Shown here: one piece after another, positions 12,301 to 24,575 of the stretch | Layout of the letters: each line of letters begins with the position of its first letter | How positions within the stretch are numbered: position 1 is the stretch's first letter | Assembly: GCF_964355755.1 (NCBI RefSeq) | Contig: NC_092674.1 | Coordinates: 1,116,001 to 1,180,000 of the forward strand | DNA: 64,000 nucleotides | Direction of reading: 5' to 3' | Source of the DNA: Antedon mediterranea | Lineage: Eukaryota; Animalia; Echinodermata | Translations under genes and position numbers: made by a program | Notes under the pieces: model-generated | Seen by the model: the letters and a program-made list of their open reading frames with translations, nothing else | Database searches by the model: none | Told to the model about the DNA's origin: nothing

Positions 12301-14860
12301 AAATAAAGGAGAAGCGACATACCTGTTGGTTGTTACATCAACAGTAATGGATTTTGGTTCATTCAAGTTTGTTGAAATAAGTGTTGTTCGACTTTTTCCT
12401 GACATTGTTGATCGCTCGATTTTTGATGGATAGAGATTTCCAATTTCAGTCCAAAATAGATAACTTTAAGCAAACGAAATATTAGTTATCATAAATATAA
12501 AGGAGTGTGAATAATTGTTTTTAACTATCTACTGTAACTAAAAATTAAAATCCAATATATTTTATAATTTATTGCCCGCTCATTTAGATATTAAGTGCAA
12601 TACTGTTTGAGCCATAACATGAAAGCCCAGAAGTAAAATGTTAGGATTTATTATATCAAGCAGATTAGATTCCGGGTTCGAATCTTGGCTAGGGTGGCAT
12701 TTCCACGGGTCTTCCTCTTTCAATCTTTACCGAAAGATTAATAAATAAGATATCACTGGCGTAATTCAGTCAATTTAAAAAAAACCTTTTAATTAATTTC
12801 CATCATATCAGCGGACAGTTTGGAGCTTTCATGCCTGCACTGAATACAATGTAATACTATTTATCGAACAATGCTTATTATATCATGGTTAGCTAATGTC
12901 CAATAACCCAGCAAACTGCAACTAAAAATGTTTTCAATTTTTAACAATATACAGCATTCGTAAAATGCACTATTTAATGGTTGACTAACTTTGTCAATGG
13001 ATCTTATTGGGTTATTTCTCTTCTTTTTCTTACTGAGGAAACAATGATAGGTACCAACTATGAATTGTATTAGCGGCCAATACAAAGACAAATAACATAA
13101 CAGATTGTATTTATAGAACCAATTTACTGTATATTATACAGTTGATAGGGCCTCTCATTTTGCCTTGAGCACTCCTGAGTGGTATGTGCCCAATAGAAAT
13201 ATATATAATTATTATTTTACCATTTATTTGCACAAATAAAGTACGTGATTGCGTGCAACAGCTGGTGAATCATTTAAAGCGCGCACCACAAGTAATTTGA
13301 CCAATCGCGAAGTGAAGAATCACCCGGACTGTCTCTTCTCTGATTGGTCGAATCATTTGTGTTCTCGTCATTGCGTTGCGTCAAAGTAGGAACCAAGCTT
13401 GTTTAATAACAATAATGATAAAGCGGCATCAAAATGCTGACTCAAAATAAAGGAACAATTCTTACCCTTTAAGAGGATGACATGCTATGCCAGAAGGCCT
13501 CTCAAGTCCGGTATCGGCAATCAATATTTCTGCACTTTCAAGATCATAACCTGTCATTTTGATCCAGTTGTACCCCTCATCAACCCAGTACACATTTTTT
13601 GCCAACCAGTCAATCGCTAAACCGTCCACTCTACCTGATGTACCACTTTCAATGGAGTATCCTATGCCACCGATGAGATCATCATTTAGGAAAATCATAT
13701 GGTACTCGGTGTCATGGAAAGTGACAGTTTCTGTACTATAATCGGCAGCTAACACATTCCAATTGCGAATACGTGACAAGTGGGCTGCCAAGTGGTCGTT
13801 TGCAAAGTCAGTCTTAGAAATGTCTTGATCGACAGGAATCCAACCAATGTACGCTACTGCATACATGTTATTATGCATTGTCATGTACAAAGTGTTGCTC
13901 CCACTATCCTGTTCATCTGTTGGTAAAATAGAAATGTATTAGTTTCCCTCATATTTTTGAAGCCGCATGGCCCTAATTTAGCTGCGGTTGATTTATAAAT
14001 TGTCATATTTACAGTTACGTATGAATTTAAATGATCATTAATTTCCTATTGAAATTTAACTTGCGCGGTGGTAATGATGTCTAACATCATTTTAAATGTT
14101 TTGTACATCAGCCTAGGCCTATAGCATAGTTCCTCACGTAAAAATAAATCAAATCAAATTCAAATCCTTGACGTTTTCTGTAAAACTGTACTTTATTTAA
14201 ATGATTATGTCTTTGCTCCTGAATGTTGTACAGTATGTGTAAAATGGTATCCTGACTGTCTGACACATGGAACATTGTAATTATGAAATGTGTGTTTGTG
14301 TAAATAAAAAGTATCTCTGGTAAAACCAATAGATTGACTACAGATTAACATAATAAATACAACAAACAAACAAAAGATAACTAAAAATGAAATGATGAAA
14401 GTCATGGTTTTGATCGTCACTAGATTGTCAATCATCAGGAATTATTTCTCATTATACTGGAAGTTAGCGTCAATCTTGTTAGGAGTTACTTTCAATCGCA
14501 TTGGAGTTACTTGCAATTTTATTGGAGTTACTTTCAATCACATTGGAGTTACTTGCAATCTTATTGGAGTTAGTGTCATTCGTATTGGAGGAAAAAATAA
14601 ATTTATTTTTTCCTCCATGATTGGAGTTACTTTCAATCATACCCGACCCTAACCTCCTCATGTCATAGTAAATATAAATAATCTTCGCGGCCTTAAACAC
14701 ACTTGGAATACGAAGCACTAGGCATAAATGATTGTCCTACTATATAAAATGACATAATGTACAGCTACTAATACAAATTGGCTTACTTACACGTAACTGG
14801 AATACACGAGGACAATATTAACGTACAAAGCGCCGCGTACATGACGCGTACACGCGGCAT
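6159..14860 (-). CDS. Single-pass YWTD beta-propeller/EGF receptor (LRP/cueball-like, no LDL-A repeats), paralog A, about 839 aa
   Basis: 15 GT-AG exons, all phases compatible: 14791-14860 (signal peptide), 13466-13916, 12323-12463, 11670-11799, 11155-11317, 10902-11015 (6-Cys EGF), 10102-10359, 9849-9999, 9619-9753, 8949-9063, 8386-8545, 8126-8185, 7887-7913, 7482-7584 (TM), 6159-6600 (tail with PPPTY, polyQ, PPPSY). YWTD-type motifs include GLAIDWLAKNVYWVD, YLFWTE, RIYWID, GMAVDWVSDEVYWVD and FIFWTE. Confidence 0.85.
6751..6929. mobile_element. Harbinger-like MITE, family M2; present in copy A, absent at the matching site in copy B (about 42770)
   Basis: TIR AGCTTGGTTCCCACTAG / CTAGTGGGAACCACGCT following TAA, with internal inverted CCAATCACAAGCGA-type blocks. 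Decayed relatives at about 7067-7400 (hosting an M1 copy), 9440-9607, 13280-13400, 44131-44258, 45570-45655 and 51466-51610. Confidence 0.72.
14479..14640. repeat. 21-bp tandem repeat (ATTGGAGTTACTT(T/G)CAAT...) containing a 32-bp perfect palindrome; copy-A specific
   Basis: About six units here against one at about 52701-52720 in copy B. Palindrome TGGAGGAAAAAATAAATTTATTTTTTCCTCCA at 14586-14617. Confidence 0.85.
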
Positions 14861-15150
14861 CTTGCGATGTCAGTCTTGGTGTTTGATTCGAGGAAATAAA
14901 TATATTCTTTTTATTGCGTTTAAAAAATGGTGACAAATCTATCTGTGCGACACTAAAAGTCATTCAACCGCGATGAACAAAGAATTAAAATTGTGTAACA
15001 ATAATATTTTAATAGAATGACAACAAAGAATCCCCAAGATTGTATTGTAACATGTGATCTTCGCAACCAATAGGTACCAGTCCATATAACGTACGGTGTC
15101 ATTCTTTGCTTTCACCATAGATAAGTAACAATACCTAAAACCATAGAGAT

Positions 15151-16890
15151 TTTTTTATTTTATTTTATTTTATTCAATTTCCAGGTAACATACAAAAATC
15201 ATAAACAAGGTACGGCATCATTCAATAAAACAGAACAAAAGTACTATCAGCACCTGCGGGTAACCAAAAGTGGATCAGTTCAAAAGAACTACACTGTCGA
15301 GTGGCTTTCCCAACTAATAGTACGAAAAACGCAATAGACATAAAAACACAGAGATAGTCTAGATGAATTCGATATCAGTAATACATTTTTTCAAATCCCT
15401 TCTAAACCCCCCAAAGTTAAACAGGACTTTGTTACGAACTTCATGCGGGATACATATATATATATATTCGAGGGAAATTAACAAACAGGGAGTATTTAAA
15501 TGCATTAGTTCTAGCATACATGTGTTTAAAGGTGAGGGACTCTGGATACCGAGAATTAATTGTAAGGTATTCAAATATATCAAAATCAATTAACTTATGC
15601 AAACACTTCACTACAAAAATCAGACTATGAAATTTCATTCTTTGAAATTTCATTCTTTGAACCATATCTGGTAAATTTAGTGTCTTAAGCCTGTCAGTGA
15701 AATCGCCTTCAACACACAATTTAGTAACCCGTCTTAATGACTTGTTAATAGCTATATTATGTTGTTTTTGATGTGGATCCCACACAGGAGCACCATATTC
15801 AATAACAGGTCGACATAGTAAAATTTCGGTGTCATTGAAACCTACAAACCGTTTGATGATAAACCCAAGCATTCTCATAGATTTCATCGATACATCATTA
15901 ACGTGAGCAGACCATGTTAAATCACGTGAGAAGTTAATACCAAGATATTTATGTGAATTAACAGCTTCAAGGGGATTGGATTCGATTGTATAAATAAAAT
16001 GAGGGATATAATTACGTTTCCTAGTTATGTGCATGACTTTACACTTCTTTGCATTTAATTTCATTTTATTATCCTCACACCATTTGGAAATTTTACAAAG
16101 ATCCTGTTGTAAGGTAAGTGCATCATGACGACTGAATACAGGTTTATAAATTACTGTATCATCTGCATACTGCTTCATAACAGAAGAGTTATTTAGAGGT
16201 AGGTCATAAACAAAGAGATTGAATAGAAGCGGGCCTAACACTGATCCCTGAGGAACACCCGAGCCCACTCTATCCCAATCAGAATGCTCCTTATTAAGAA
16301 CAACACGTTGGAATCTGTCACTGAGAAAGGAGTGAAGACACTTTAGGAGAGATCCACATACTCCCATGTTGTGCAGTTTCTTGATTACTAAATCAAGGGG
16401 AACACGGTCAAAGGCCTTCTCCCAATCAAGGAATATTGCATCAATCACAGGAGGTTGTCTAACATCCATTGTTTGTGACCATCATGATATAACGCTGAGG
16501 CCTGTGTAATACACGATCTACCTGGATAAAACCCGTGTTGCGTGGGACTTATAAATCCAAAAAATTGAAGATGAAAAAGAATGTTATCTGCTATAATACG
16601 TTCAAAAACCTTACCTATAATAGAACATAGCGATATGGGTCGATAATTATTAACATCGTTACGATTACTTGACTTAAAAATAGGAGTGGCATTCGCGAGT
16701 TTCCAATCTTTTGGTACAAAGCCATCCGTTTAGAACTTGTTAAACATCTTGCACAACACTGGGGCAATAATTGGAGCTGACATGGATAACATTTTAGGTG
16801 TAATCCCGTCATGTCCAGGGGATTTGTTGGGTTTCAAGGACAATAGAGCCTTGAAAATAGTTTTTTCAGTAATATATTATATTTCACTAT
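15151..16890 (-). mobile_element. 5'-truncated, degenerate non-LTR retrotransposon (CR1/L2-group reverse transcriptase); copy-A specific
   Basis: ORF 15441-16469 with FLDWEKAFDRV, GVPQGSVLGPLLF, YADD and KYLG. Upstream RT sequence is frameshifted. (ATAAA)n tail near 15151-15175. The empty site CCATAGAGATATTATAG is in copy B at about 53236. Confidence 0.88.
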
Positions 16891-18721
16891 GATATTATAG
16901 TTCACTATCTCTATGAATTAAAAAAGATATATATTTTTCATTTCATTTATTTAATCACACTCTTGTTTAAATTACAAGACCAGCCAATTTTGGCTTATGA
17001 GTGAATAAAAAACTAAAAATAAAAAAACTAAAATAACATTTAAAATAGACACGGATAAAAACATGAAATAAACAGTCTTGCAACAAACCTCAAAAATTCT
17101 TTTTTTTTTAAATTTTTCCCGAGTAGAAGTGGAAAAAGAAATGTAAATAAATATGAATGACGTAAGATATGTCTGTTACATGAGTAGGCCTACTATACAT
17201 CAAAAGCTATGTTTAACAACTCTGACATCATCTGACCAAATGCGCAGTCGAAAAGAAAATAGCACGTTGTTCTCTGGGTGTTTGATTCGATCTCAAAGTA
17301 ATCAGTGGGCGGCACGATGTGATAAATGCTACTACAGTACTAATGGTTTAGTCAAGACTACTTCATGAAATAAATGGTACTACAGTACTAATGGTTTAGT
17401 CAAGACTACTTCATGAAATATTTGTTGTTTAGGCATAAGTGAGTAACATTATTAAACTACAAATTGAGATATTCAAAGTTTGATTTTATTCATATTTTTC
17501 ATTTCATTTTTCATGTTTTAGGGAACAAAAACAAATCCTTGACTATAAAATAAATTTTGATTCAAACAGATTCAAGATTTTGACTTATTTCCTTTCTTTT
17601 TCTTTTGTCTTTTTGATTTTAATTCTTTTGGAAGAACTTTAACTTTATCAATGTTGACTTCTACATAATATTGTGATTTTGAATGAGTGTCCGACAAAGA
17701 ACCCTGCTCAAGTGTTCTTTTCACTCCTACATCTTTCGGTTCTTGTGTATCAACATTATCTTCAGTTTTAAGTTTTTTTTTCTCTGGTTCCTCTACATCT
17801 TTTAAATCTTCCGTCGATTTCTTTGTATTTGTAGAGTTATCTTGTTGTTCTCTGGCAATGTTTCTTGGATGACTTCTCTTAAGATTTTCTAAATTAACCT
17901 TGTTTTCTTGAAGCCATGGTAAATTTAAACAGGTGTTTTCTTTATAATCAATTCCACCAGACCGTCAAACACACTGTCTTCTCCATTTGTTTTCTGAAAT
18001 GTTAATGAACATTCATAATATAGATGTTGAATAGCATAACATAAAATATACTGAGGCATGGACAAAAAGGAAAAATATTTTTTTTTATTACTGTATTATG
18101 GGTAAATGGCATATATGTTATCATTCTATTAAGGTATCCCCTGGAAAATGTGTATACACTACTGTTATTAAGAACTACACACCTTAAATCCGATAGCCAT
18201 AACAGTTTTAAGATTGAGCAACGGTGCAAGAACCTCACTCAGTTTGAAAAGACACAAAGCTGGCGTTTCTCGTGTTGCACTTAATGCGTACAAATGGTTC
18301 GTCATGTGACTCGGCTTGGTTGAACGACAGAGCACTGCGCAACATAGGAGCGGGGTTGGTGAAATCTGTCCATAATAGGTTACTTTTCTGTCCATAATAG
18401 GTTACTTTCTGTCCATAATAGGGACTAGAGGGCGCTGTTGTTTGTCCATAATAGGTGACTTTCATAATTGGCTGTCCAAAATAGGTGACTTTTTGTCCAC
18501 AATAGGCGAGTTTATTGGAGTAGTGCGCCATCCATTGTGTTGTCCATAATAGGTGATTTTGTTGGCGTACTCGTACGTAGTTTATTTCGCGAGTAGAAGT
18601 AATACTAATTTGCTTTCTGTTCAGACTTCGAGGCTACCTAGGAGGCCTAATTAGTATAAATATTTAAGTCTTTCTAGCCTAGGCCTAGCTAGGCTAGGGC
18701 CTAGTCCTGTTAGTTAGGCTA

Positions 18722-20280
18722 CAGGGCCGTAGCCAGGATCTGTCAAGGGGGGGTTCGCACACTAAGTATTTGGGTCACCCCCACCCCCATACCTACCCAC
18801 CCCCATACCTACCCCCCCCCCCCTGAGGCGAAGCAAATTTTGTTAAATGACACCCCTAGATGGCCGGAAAAGACACTCTCATGCAGCATGCTACCAATGA
18901 GCAAAACGATCGTACTTGGACTCGTTGCTTGTTGCCGTATGTTAGATGCGCGTGCTCTGTGCGGAACCGCCGATTGTTTGATCATTTACTCGATATTTTG
19001 TTTTGCGTTCAAGTTCAATGCGAACGTACGTCTAGGAGAGAAGCCCCGAAAAAAGCACACTGGGTGAAGCAGGCCCGTAGCCAGGGGGGGTTTTTATGGT
19101 TCGGGCGAACCCCCCCTTTACAGCGAACCCCCCTTAACCGACTGCGAACCCCCATCCCCGACATGCCCAATACCTCACCCTCATCTACGAAAATCGTCCA
19201 AATACGTGCCCCACAGTACAAAAAGTTGTTCGTAAATTAAAAAATTCGTAAACTCGTTCGGAATAACTCATACAGTACCTTCTTCCCTGTATGAGCGTAC
19301 TTCGAGCGATATAGTCTGTAAAGAGTTGCAAATGAATTGCGGATTTTAACCTGAAAAATAAATGTTTGGTCCCTGCATGTAACATGATATTGACGCGCCT
19401 CACAGCGAGCTGGGGGACGAACGATTCGTACAAAGGACACCGCCAGACAACTGCGTACCAATTGTTTAGATCACTTGTAGTCAGGCAGCATGCATAAAGT
19501 ATATAGCCTTCCGACATACATCAGTATTTATGTGTGGCTATGAAGTGTAATGTATCATAGAGGATTATAGTGAATATTAATATTTTACACTATAATATCT
19601 ATGGTATCATGTACTATAGTTCACATTATGGCATCCGATTATTTTTTTCTAGACCACCAGCCGATACGTACTCAATGTATCAATATCACCTATTTACATT
19701 GGCATATTTAATTTCCTCAACAAATTGCTGTAAATAAATATTATAGATAAAGCTATAATAAGAATTGCATTTGCCTTCATCCAGTGTGCTTTTTTCGGGG
19801 CTTCTCCTAGACGTACGTTCGCATTGAACTTGAACGCAAAACAAAATATCGAGTAAATGATCAAACAATCGGCGGTTCCGCACAGAGCACGCGCATCTAA
19901 CATACGGCAACAAATGTTATCGTTTAAATAGTCCACGAGTCCAAGTACGATCGTTTTGCTCATTGGTAGCATGCTGCATGAGAGTGTCTTTTCCGGCCAT
20001 CTAGGGGTGTCATTTAACAAAATTTGCTTCGCCTCAGGCCCCACCCCAGGAAGGGGGGGGGGGGGGGGGTATGGGGGTGACCCAAATACTTAGTGTGCGA
20101 ACCCCCCCTTGACAGATCCTGGCTACGGCCCTGTGAAGGCAAATGCAATTCTTATTATAGCTCTATCTATAATATTTATTTACAGCAATTTGTTGAGGAA
20201 ATTAAATATGCTAATGTAAATAGGTGATATTGATACATTTGAGTACGTATAGAAAAAAATAATCGGATGTCATAATGTGA
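18722..20280 (+). mobile_element. hAT-type non-autonomous element (one end lost), interrupted by an inverted copy of its own family
   Basis: Starts CAGGGCCGTAGCCAGG. Segments 18722-19069 plus 20139-20280 are collinear with the reverse complement of about 19620-20133. Confidence 0.75.
19070..20133 (-). mobile_element. Complete 1064-bp hAT-type non-autonomous element with 5-bp TSD
   Basis: TIRs CAGGCCCGTAGCCAGG and CCTGGCTACGGCCCTG. TSD TGAAG at 19065-19069 and 20134-20138. Confidence 0.85.
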
Positions 20281-20693
20281 CGGACAGACATTACGCAACT
20301 TACCATACTATTGCAAGTTTAAATAATTCACCAAACCCACACGTTCTTTTACAAAAATAAAAAATACCCCATAATACTCTAATAATAATATTGATAAAGT
20401 TTTATTTTTTTAAGATAATGAAAATGTAAACTGTTATTTTTATAAATGCATTGGTGTTTCAATGTAATTGTTGTATTTTTTTTTCTTTGGACTTATTTTG
20501 TTTTGTTAACAGTAATAATAAAAATCAATTTAATATTGAAAAAGACATCACAGTTCAGCACATCATTTAGGTCCTCCCCTATTTCAAAATTCTGGATCCA
20601 CATAGCTCAATGACAAACCATCCCAGTCTAAAGTGGATCAACAGCAGCACATCTCATCCATTTATTATATTGTTTAATTAAATGAATCAATTT

Positions 20694-22399
20694 CGTATCC
20701 GGATATTCACCCCCTGGACATTTACCCCCCGGACAACTACCCCCCGGACAACCACCACCTGGACCACTACCCCCTTAGGACAACTACCCCTTTAGGACAA
20801 CTACCCCCCGGACAAATACCCCCCGGACAACTACCCCCTTAGGACAACAACCCCCTTAGGACAACTACCCCCTGGACAACTACCCCCCGGACAATTACCC
20901 CCTAGGAACAATTACCCCTCGGACAATTACCACCCGGACAATTACCCCCCGGACAATTACCACCCAGAAAACTATCCCTTTAGAACACCCTAACCACCCA
21001 GACCATTCAACAACCTGACTCTGCAACAGTGTATAATAGGAATTAATAACTATATTTTAATTCGTTACTTTGACGAATTACTATTCATTATTGTAAGCAA
21101 AAGTAAAAGATTGAACATAAATATAGCCTGGTATAAACTGAAGATCGTCACACATGATCATAGGATAGTCGAACGTATTATATAGTACTCCCTGTATTTA
21201 CTGTAAAGACTGGGTTCGCTAATAATAATAATAATTTTTGCGTCAGGACAATGCTTCGATAACCACTGGTCTTAAAAGAATTAATATTTGTCTAAAATTT
21301 GTCATATATGTATTTTTGTACACTTGAAGAATAATATCACTTTTGATATTTGACCTCAATGTTCACTCACCGAATAAACGTCGATCTTTAAATAAATTCC
21401 CCTCAAATAAACGGTGACCATGTCACTCCCATGAAACATCATATGGAATAATCGGCGTCTATTTCCATTAGATTATACCCCCTCCCACTGAATAAACAAC
21501 TTTCTTCCAATAAATGTCCACCTAAAAACCACCTAAACAATAAACAGCCCAGGCCGTTTTTTCAATAAATACGGTACTTTAAATCTAGCACATCTAGGGT
21601 CTAGCGTGCTGTTAAACAGAATAATCGGTTAAAAACGGGTGTTTCGAAACTAGAGACCCGAGACCAGAGACCCGAGACCATATACGAAAAGGGAGACCTA
21701 AATATACGAAAAGGGAGACCCACGTACGAAAAGGGAGACCCCACTATACGAAAAGGGAGACCCCACTATACGAAAAGGGAGACCCTAATATACGAAAAGG
21801 GAGACCTAAATATACGAAAAGGGAGACCCAATTATACGAAAGGGAGACCCAAATATACAAAATGGGAGGCCCAAATATACGAAAAGGGAGACCCACTATA
21901 AGAAAAGGGAGACCCACTATAAGAAAAGGGAGACCCCACTATACGAAAAGAGAGACCACACTATACGAAAAGGGAGACCCTAATATACGAAAAGGGAGAC
22001 CCAAATATAGGTCTCCCTTTTCGTATTGGGTCTCGTTTCAGGTCTCTGGTCTCGGATCTCTAGTTTCGAAACACCCGTTAAAAACAGATGATTTCATTTT
22101 TACAGAAACCGGTCCTATATATTTGTCTACTTTTGGATGGGGGGGGGGGGTAGTTGACCGGGGGGTAGTTGACCGGGGGGTAGTTACCCGGGGGGTAGTT
22201 ATCCTAAGGGGTAGTTGTCCTAAGGGGGTGGTTGTCCGGGGGGTAGTTGTCCGGGGGTTGTTATCCTAAGGGGGTAGTTGTCCTAAGGGGGTAGTTGTCC
22301 GGGGGGTAGTTGTCCGGGGGGTAGTTGTCCTAAGGGGGTAGTTGTCCGGGTGGTAAACATCCGGGGGGTAACTGTCTAGGGGGTAGGTGTCCTAGAACC
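20694..22399. mobile_element. Foldback-type element with inverted subterminal arrays of 15-17-bp GGACAACTACCCCCC units
   Basis: C-rich array at about 20700-20980 and inverted G-rich array at about 22140-22392. 8-bp TSD ATCAATTT at 20686-20693 and 22400-22407. The extreme termini are imperfect. Confidence 0.78.
21637..22076. mobile_element. 440-bp Mutator-like MITE with internal 21-22-bp tandem array
   Basis: TIR GGGTGTTTCGAAACTAGAGA. 9-bp TSD GTTAAAAAC at 21628-21636 and 22077-22085. About 15 TATACGAAAAGGGAGACCC units on the left and one inverted unit on the right. Confidence 0.88.
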
Positions 22400-24575
22400 A
22401 TCAATTTTAATGTTTAATAATAAGAAATACAACAATAAATCAAGTTTACATACACGCAGTGTACAATCAACACCTTTGTTCTGTATTCAGAACAGTTTAT
22501 TCAAAATCTAAATCACATTTAAAAAATACTGAATTATATTAATTTTAAAAGTGTAAAAACATGGTTAAACTACAATTTAAAAAATAGCAAGGATAAATAA
22601 ATGCACCATAATTATTATGTTTATTACTATAATTATTGATCGATGATTATGATCAAAAATAATATGTTGAAGTGATGTACTTTTTCATTTCAGCAGCATA
22701 CTGTATATGAGCAGAATATCAAACATCTGTATGCCTATAATAAAAAAAGGAAGCATTTAAATACTATAATAATCTTTAAGTATTGTCATAGAGATATCTA
22801 TAATATCTCTATGGTATTGTATAATGCAAGTAACTTCAATCTTAGTAATGCTGAGACAAATTTTCATGTTGTATGGTGGGAAACAGTTATGTTTAAATAT
22901 TTTATTGCATTTAAAAAAAGATATGTAGGATTGTTTTACTAAATTTAAGTTTATACCAGTTGTTAGAGTCAATTATTACCATACTCACTATATGAAAACT
23001 GATATTAAATGTTTTAAAGACAAATGCTTTATTGAATGAATGCTTTAATAATATAACATTCAATTAAATTTTGAAATATTTTCTGCATGAATTTATTAGT
23101 GGATTTATCTATTCTTTGTACTGTGATTGTAATGTTTATAATGAATGGAAATAAAAAAAAAAATATCTCCTTTTAATTTCTTAGCAATTCAAATGAATAG
23201 AATATTTCAAATCAAATGTTAAAAATTAATTTTCATGTATTGTCAGTTTTTCTACTACGCTACTGATAAAATTCAGTTTGTCTCTCTAAAAATGTTTGAC
23301 TAAATTGTATCCTTCTTTTCCGAAGATTACTTTTGCAAACAAATACTTTTTCTAAATAGGCTTTTTCTTGGGATTTTATTGAAAAATGTCCTAAAAGATG
23401 TAGGCCTAGTGGGTTGTATGTAAAGTATTTTTCTTCAATTGTAGGTTGGGCCTATCTGTTACTTACCCTAGTTAATAGAAATGTCCATGCTACTGTACTA
23501 TAACATTGATCAGAAGATACACTGTACACAATCTTTGATACATGCAAAAAATATGGGAAAAATTGAGATTTAAATAGATGACATAATTAATAACATACAG
23601 TAACAATAGCTCTGGCTCTACTATACTGCCAACCTACTAACTGTCCGAACTGTCTGGATAAGACTCATTCATTCAAAAAATAATAAAAAAAAACAAAAAT
23701 TTGAATAGGTCAATCTAGCAATCTAGATGTCTGATTTGAAGACAAACTACCAATAGGTCTAGTAGACTAGGCTAGTAGTAGCTGATTTCGGTCTTCAAAG
23801 TATAGTAGTGGGCGGTGGTGGCAGTGGTAGTAAAAGACTGTATAGTGACTATAGTCCGCCAGACCTGACCTGCAGTTAGGCAGTATAGTTACGAGTATTC
23901 TGTAAAATATTCATATTAAAATAATAAAAAAACAGATAATGAGGATAGGCCTAGTTGTTTGTAGTAGGAAACCTATCTACCTAATATGAGCCCATGTCAT
24001 TTGTATTCCTACTGTAGCAGGGAGGTACCCCCTGCTGTAAGGTAGGCCTAGAAAAAAAAAAGCTCACATTTCATTAGTGGACAATAACAAATGGACTCCA
24101 GCTAGGCCAAAGCTAGTACAGTAGTAGTACAGTACTATTTTATGCCTGAGGTAGCCTAACTAAAACAGGACTAGCCTAGGCTAGGCCTATAGGCCCTAGA
24201 GGCTAGAGAGACTTAAATAATTATACTAATTAGGCCTCCTACTAGTACCCTACTAGCTAGGCCTAGGTAGCCTCGAAGTCTGAAGAGAAAGCAAATTAGT
24301 ATTAACTAATAATAGTTATTACTTCTACTCGCGAAATAAACTACGTACGTACGAGTACGCCAACAAAATCACCTATTATGGACAACACAATGGATGGCGC
24401 ACTACTCCAATAAACTCGCCTATTGTGGCTTGTGTCAAGCTAGCCAACAATAAGCCAGCCAACAATAAGCCAGCCCACTTTTATTTTTTCCAGCCAACAA
24501 TAACTATGAAACGCCGTTTGTGCATTCTTTACATTTTCATTGTTACTTATGGCTTTTATGGTATTAGGAATTAAA

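Noticed and set aside
18840-20044. Paired ORFs on opposite strands with the same peptide
   Set aside because: A by-product of two inverted copies of a non-coding transposon, with no recognisable domain.
21862-22269. 135-aa repetitive ORF; likewise 18235-18531, 14392-14718 and 59737-60015
   Set aside because: Translations of tandem repeats, with no splice or domain support.
18348-24427. Transposase gene within the outer Mutator-like element
   Set aside because: No long ORF or DDE-like motif is visible in the non-nested interior (about 20280-20690 and 22400-24150).
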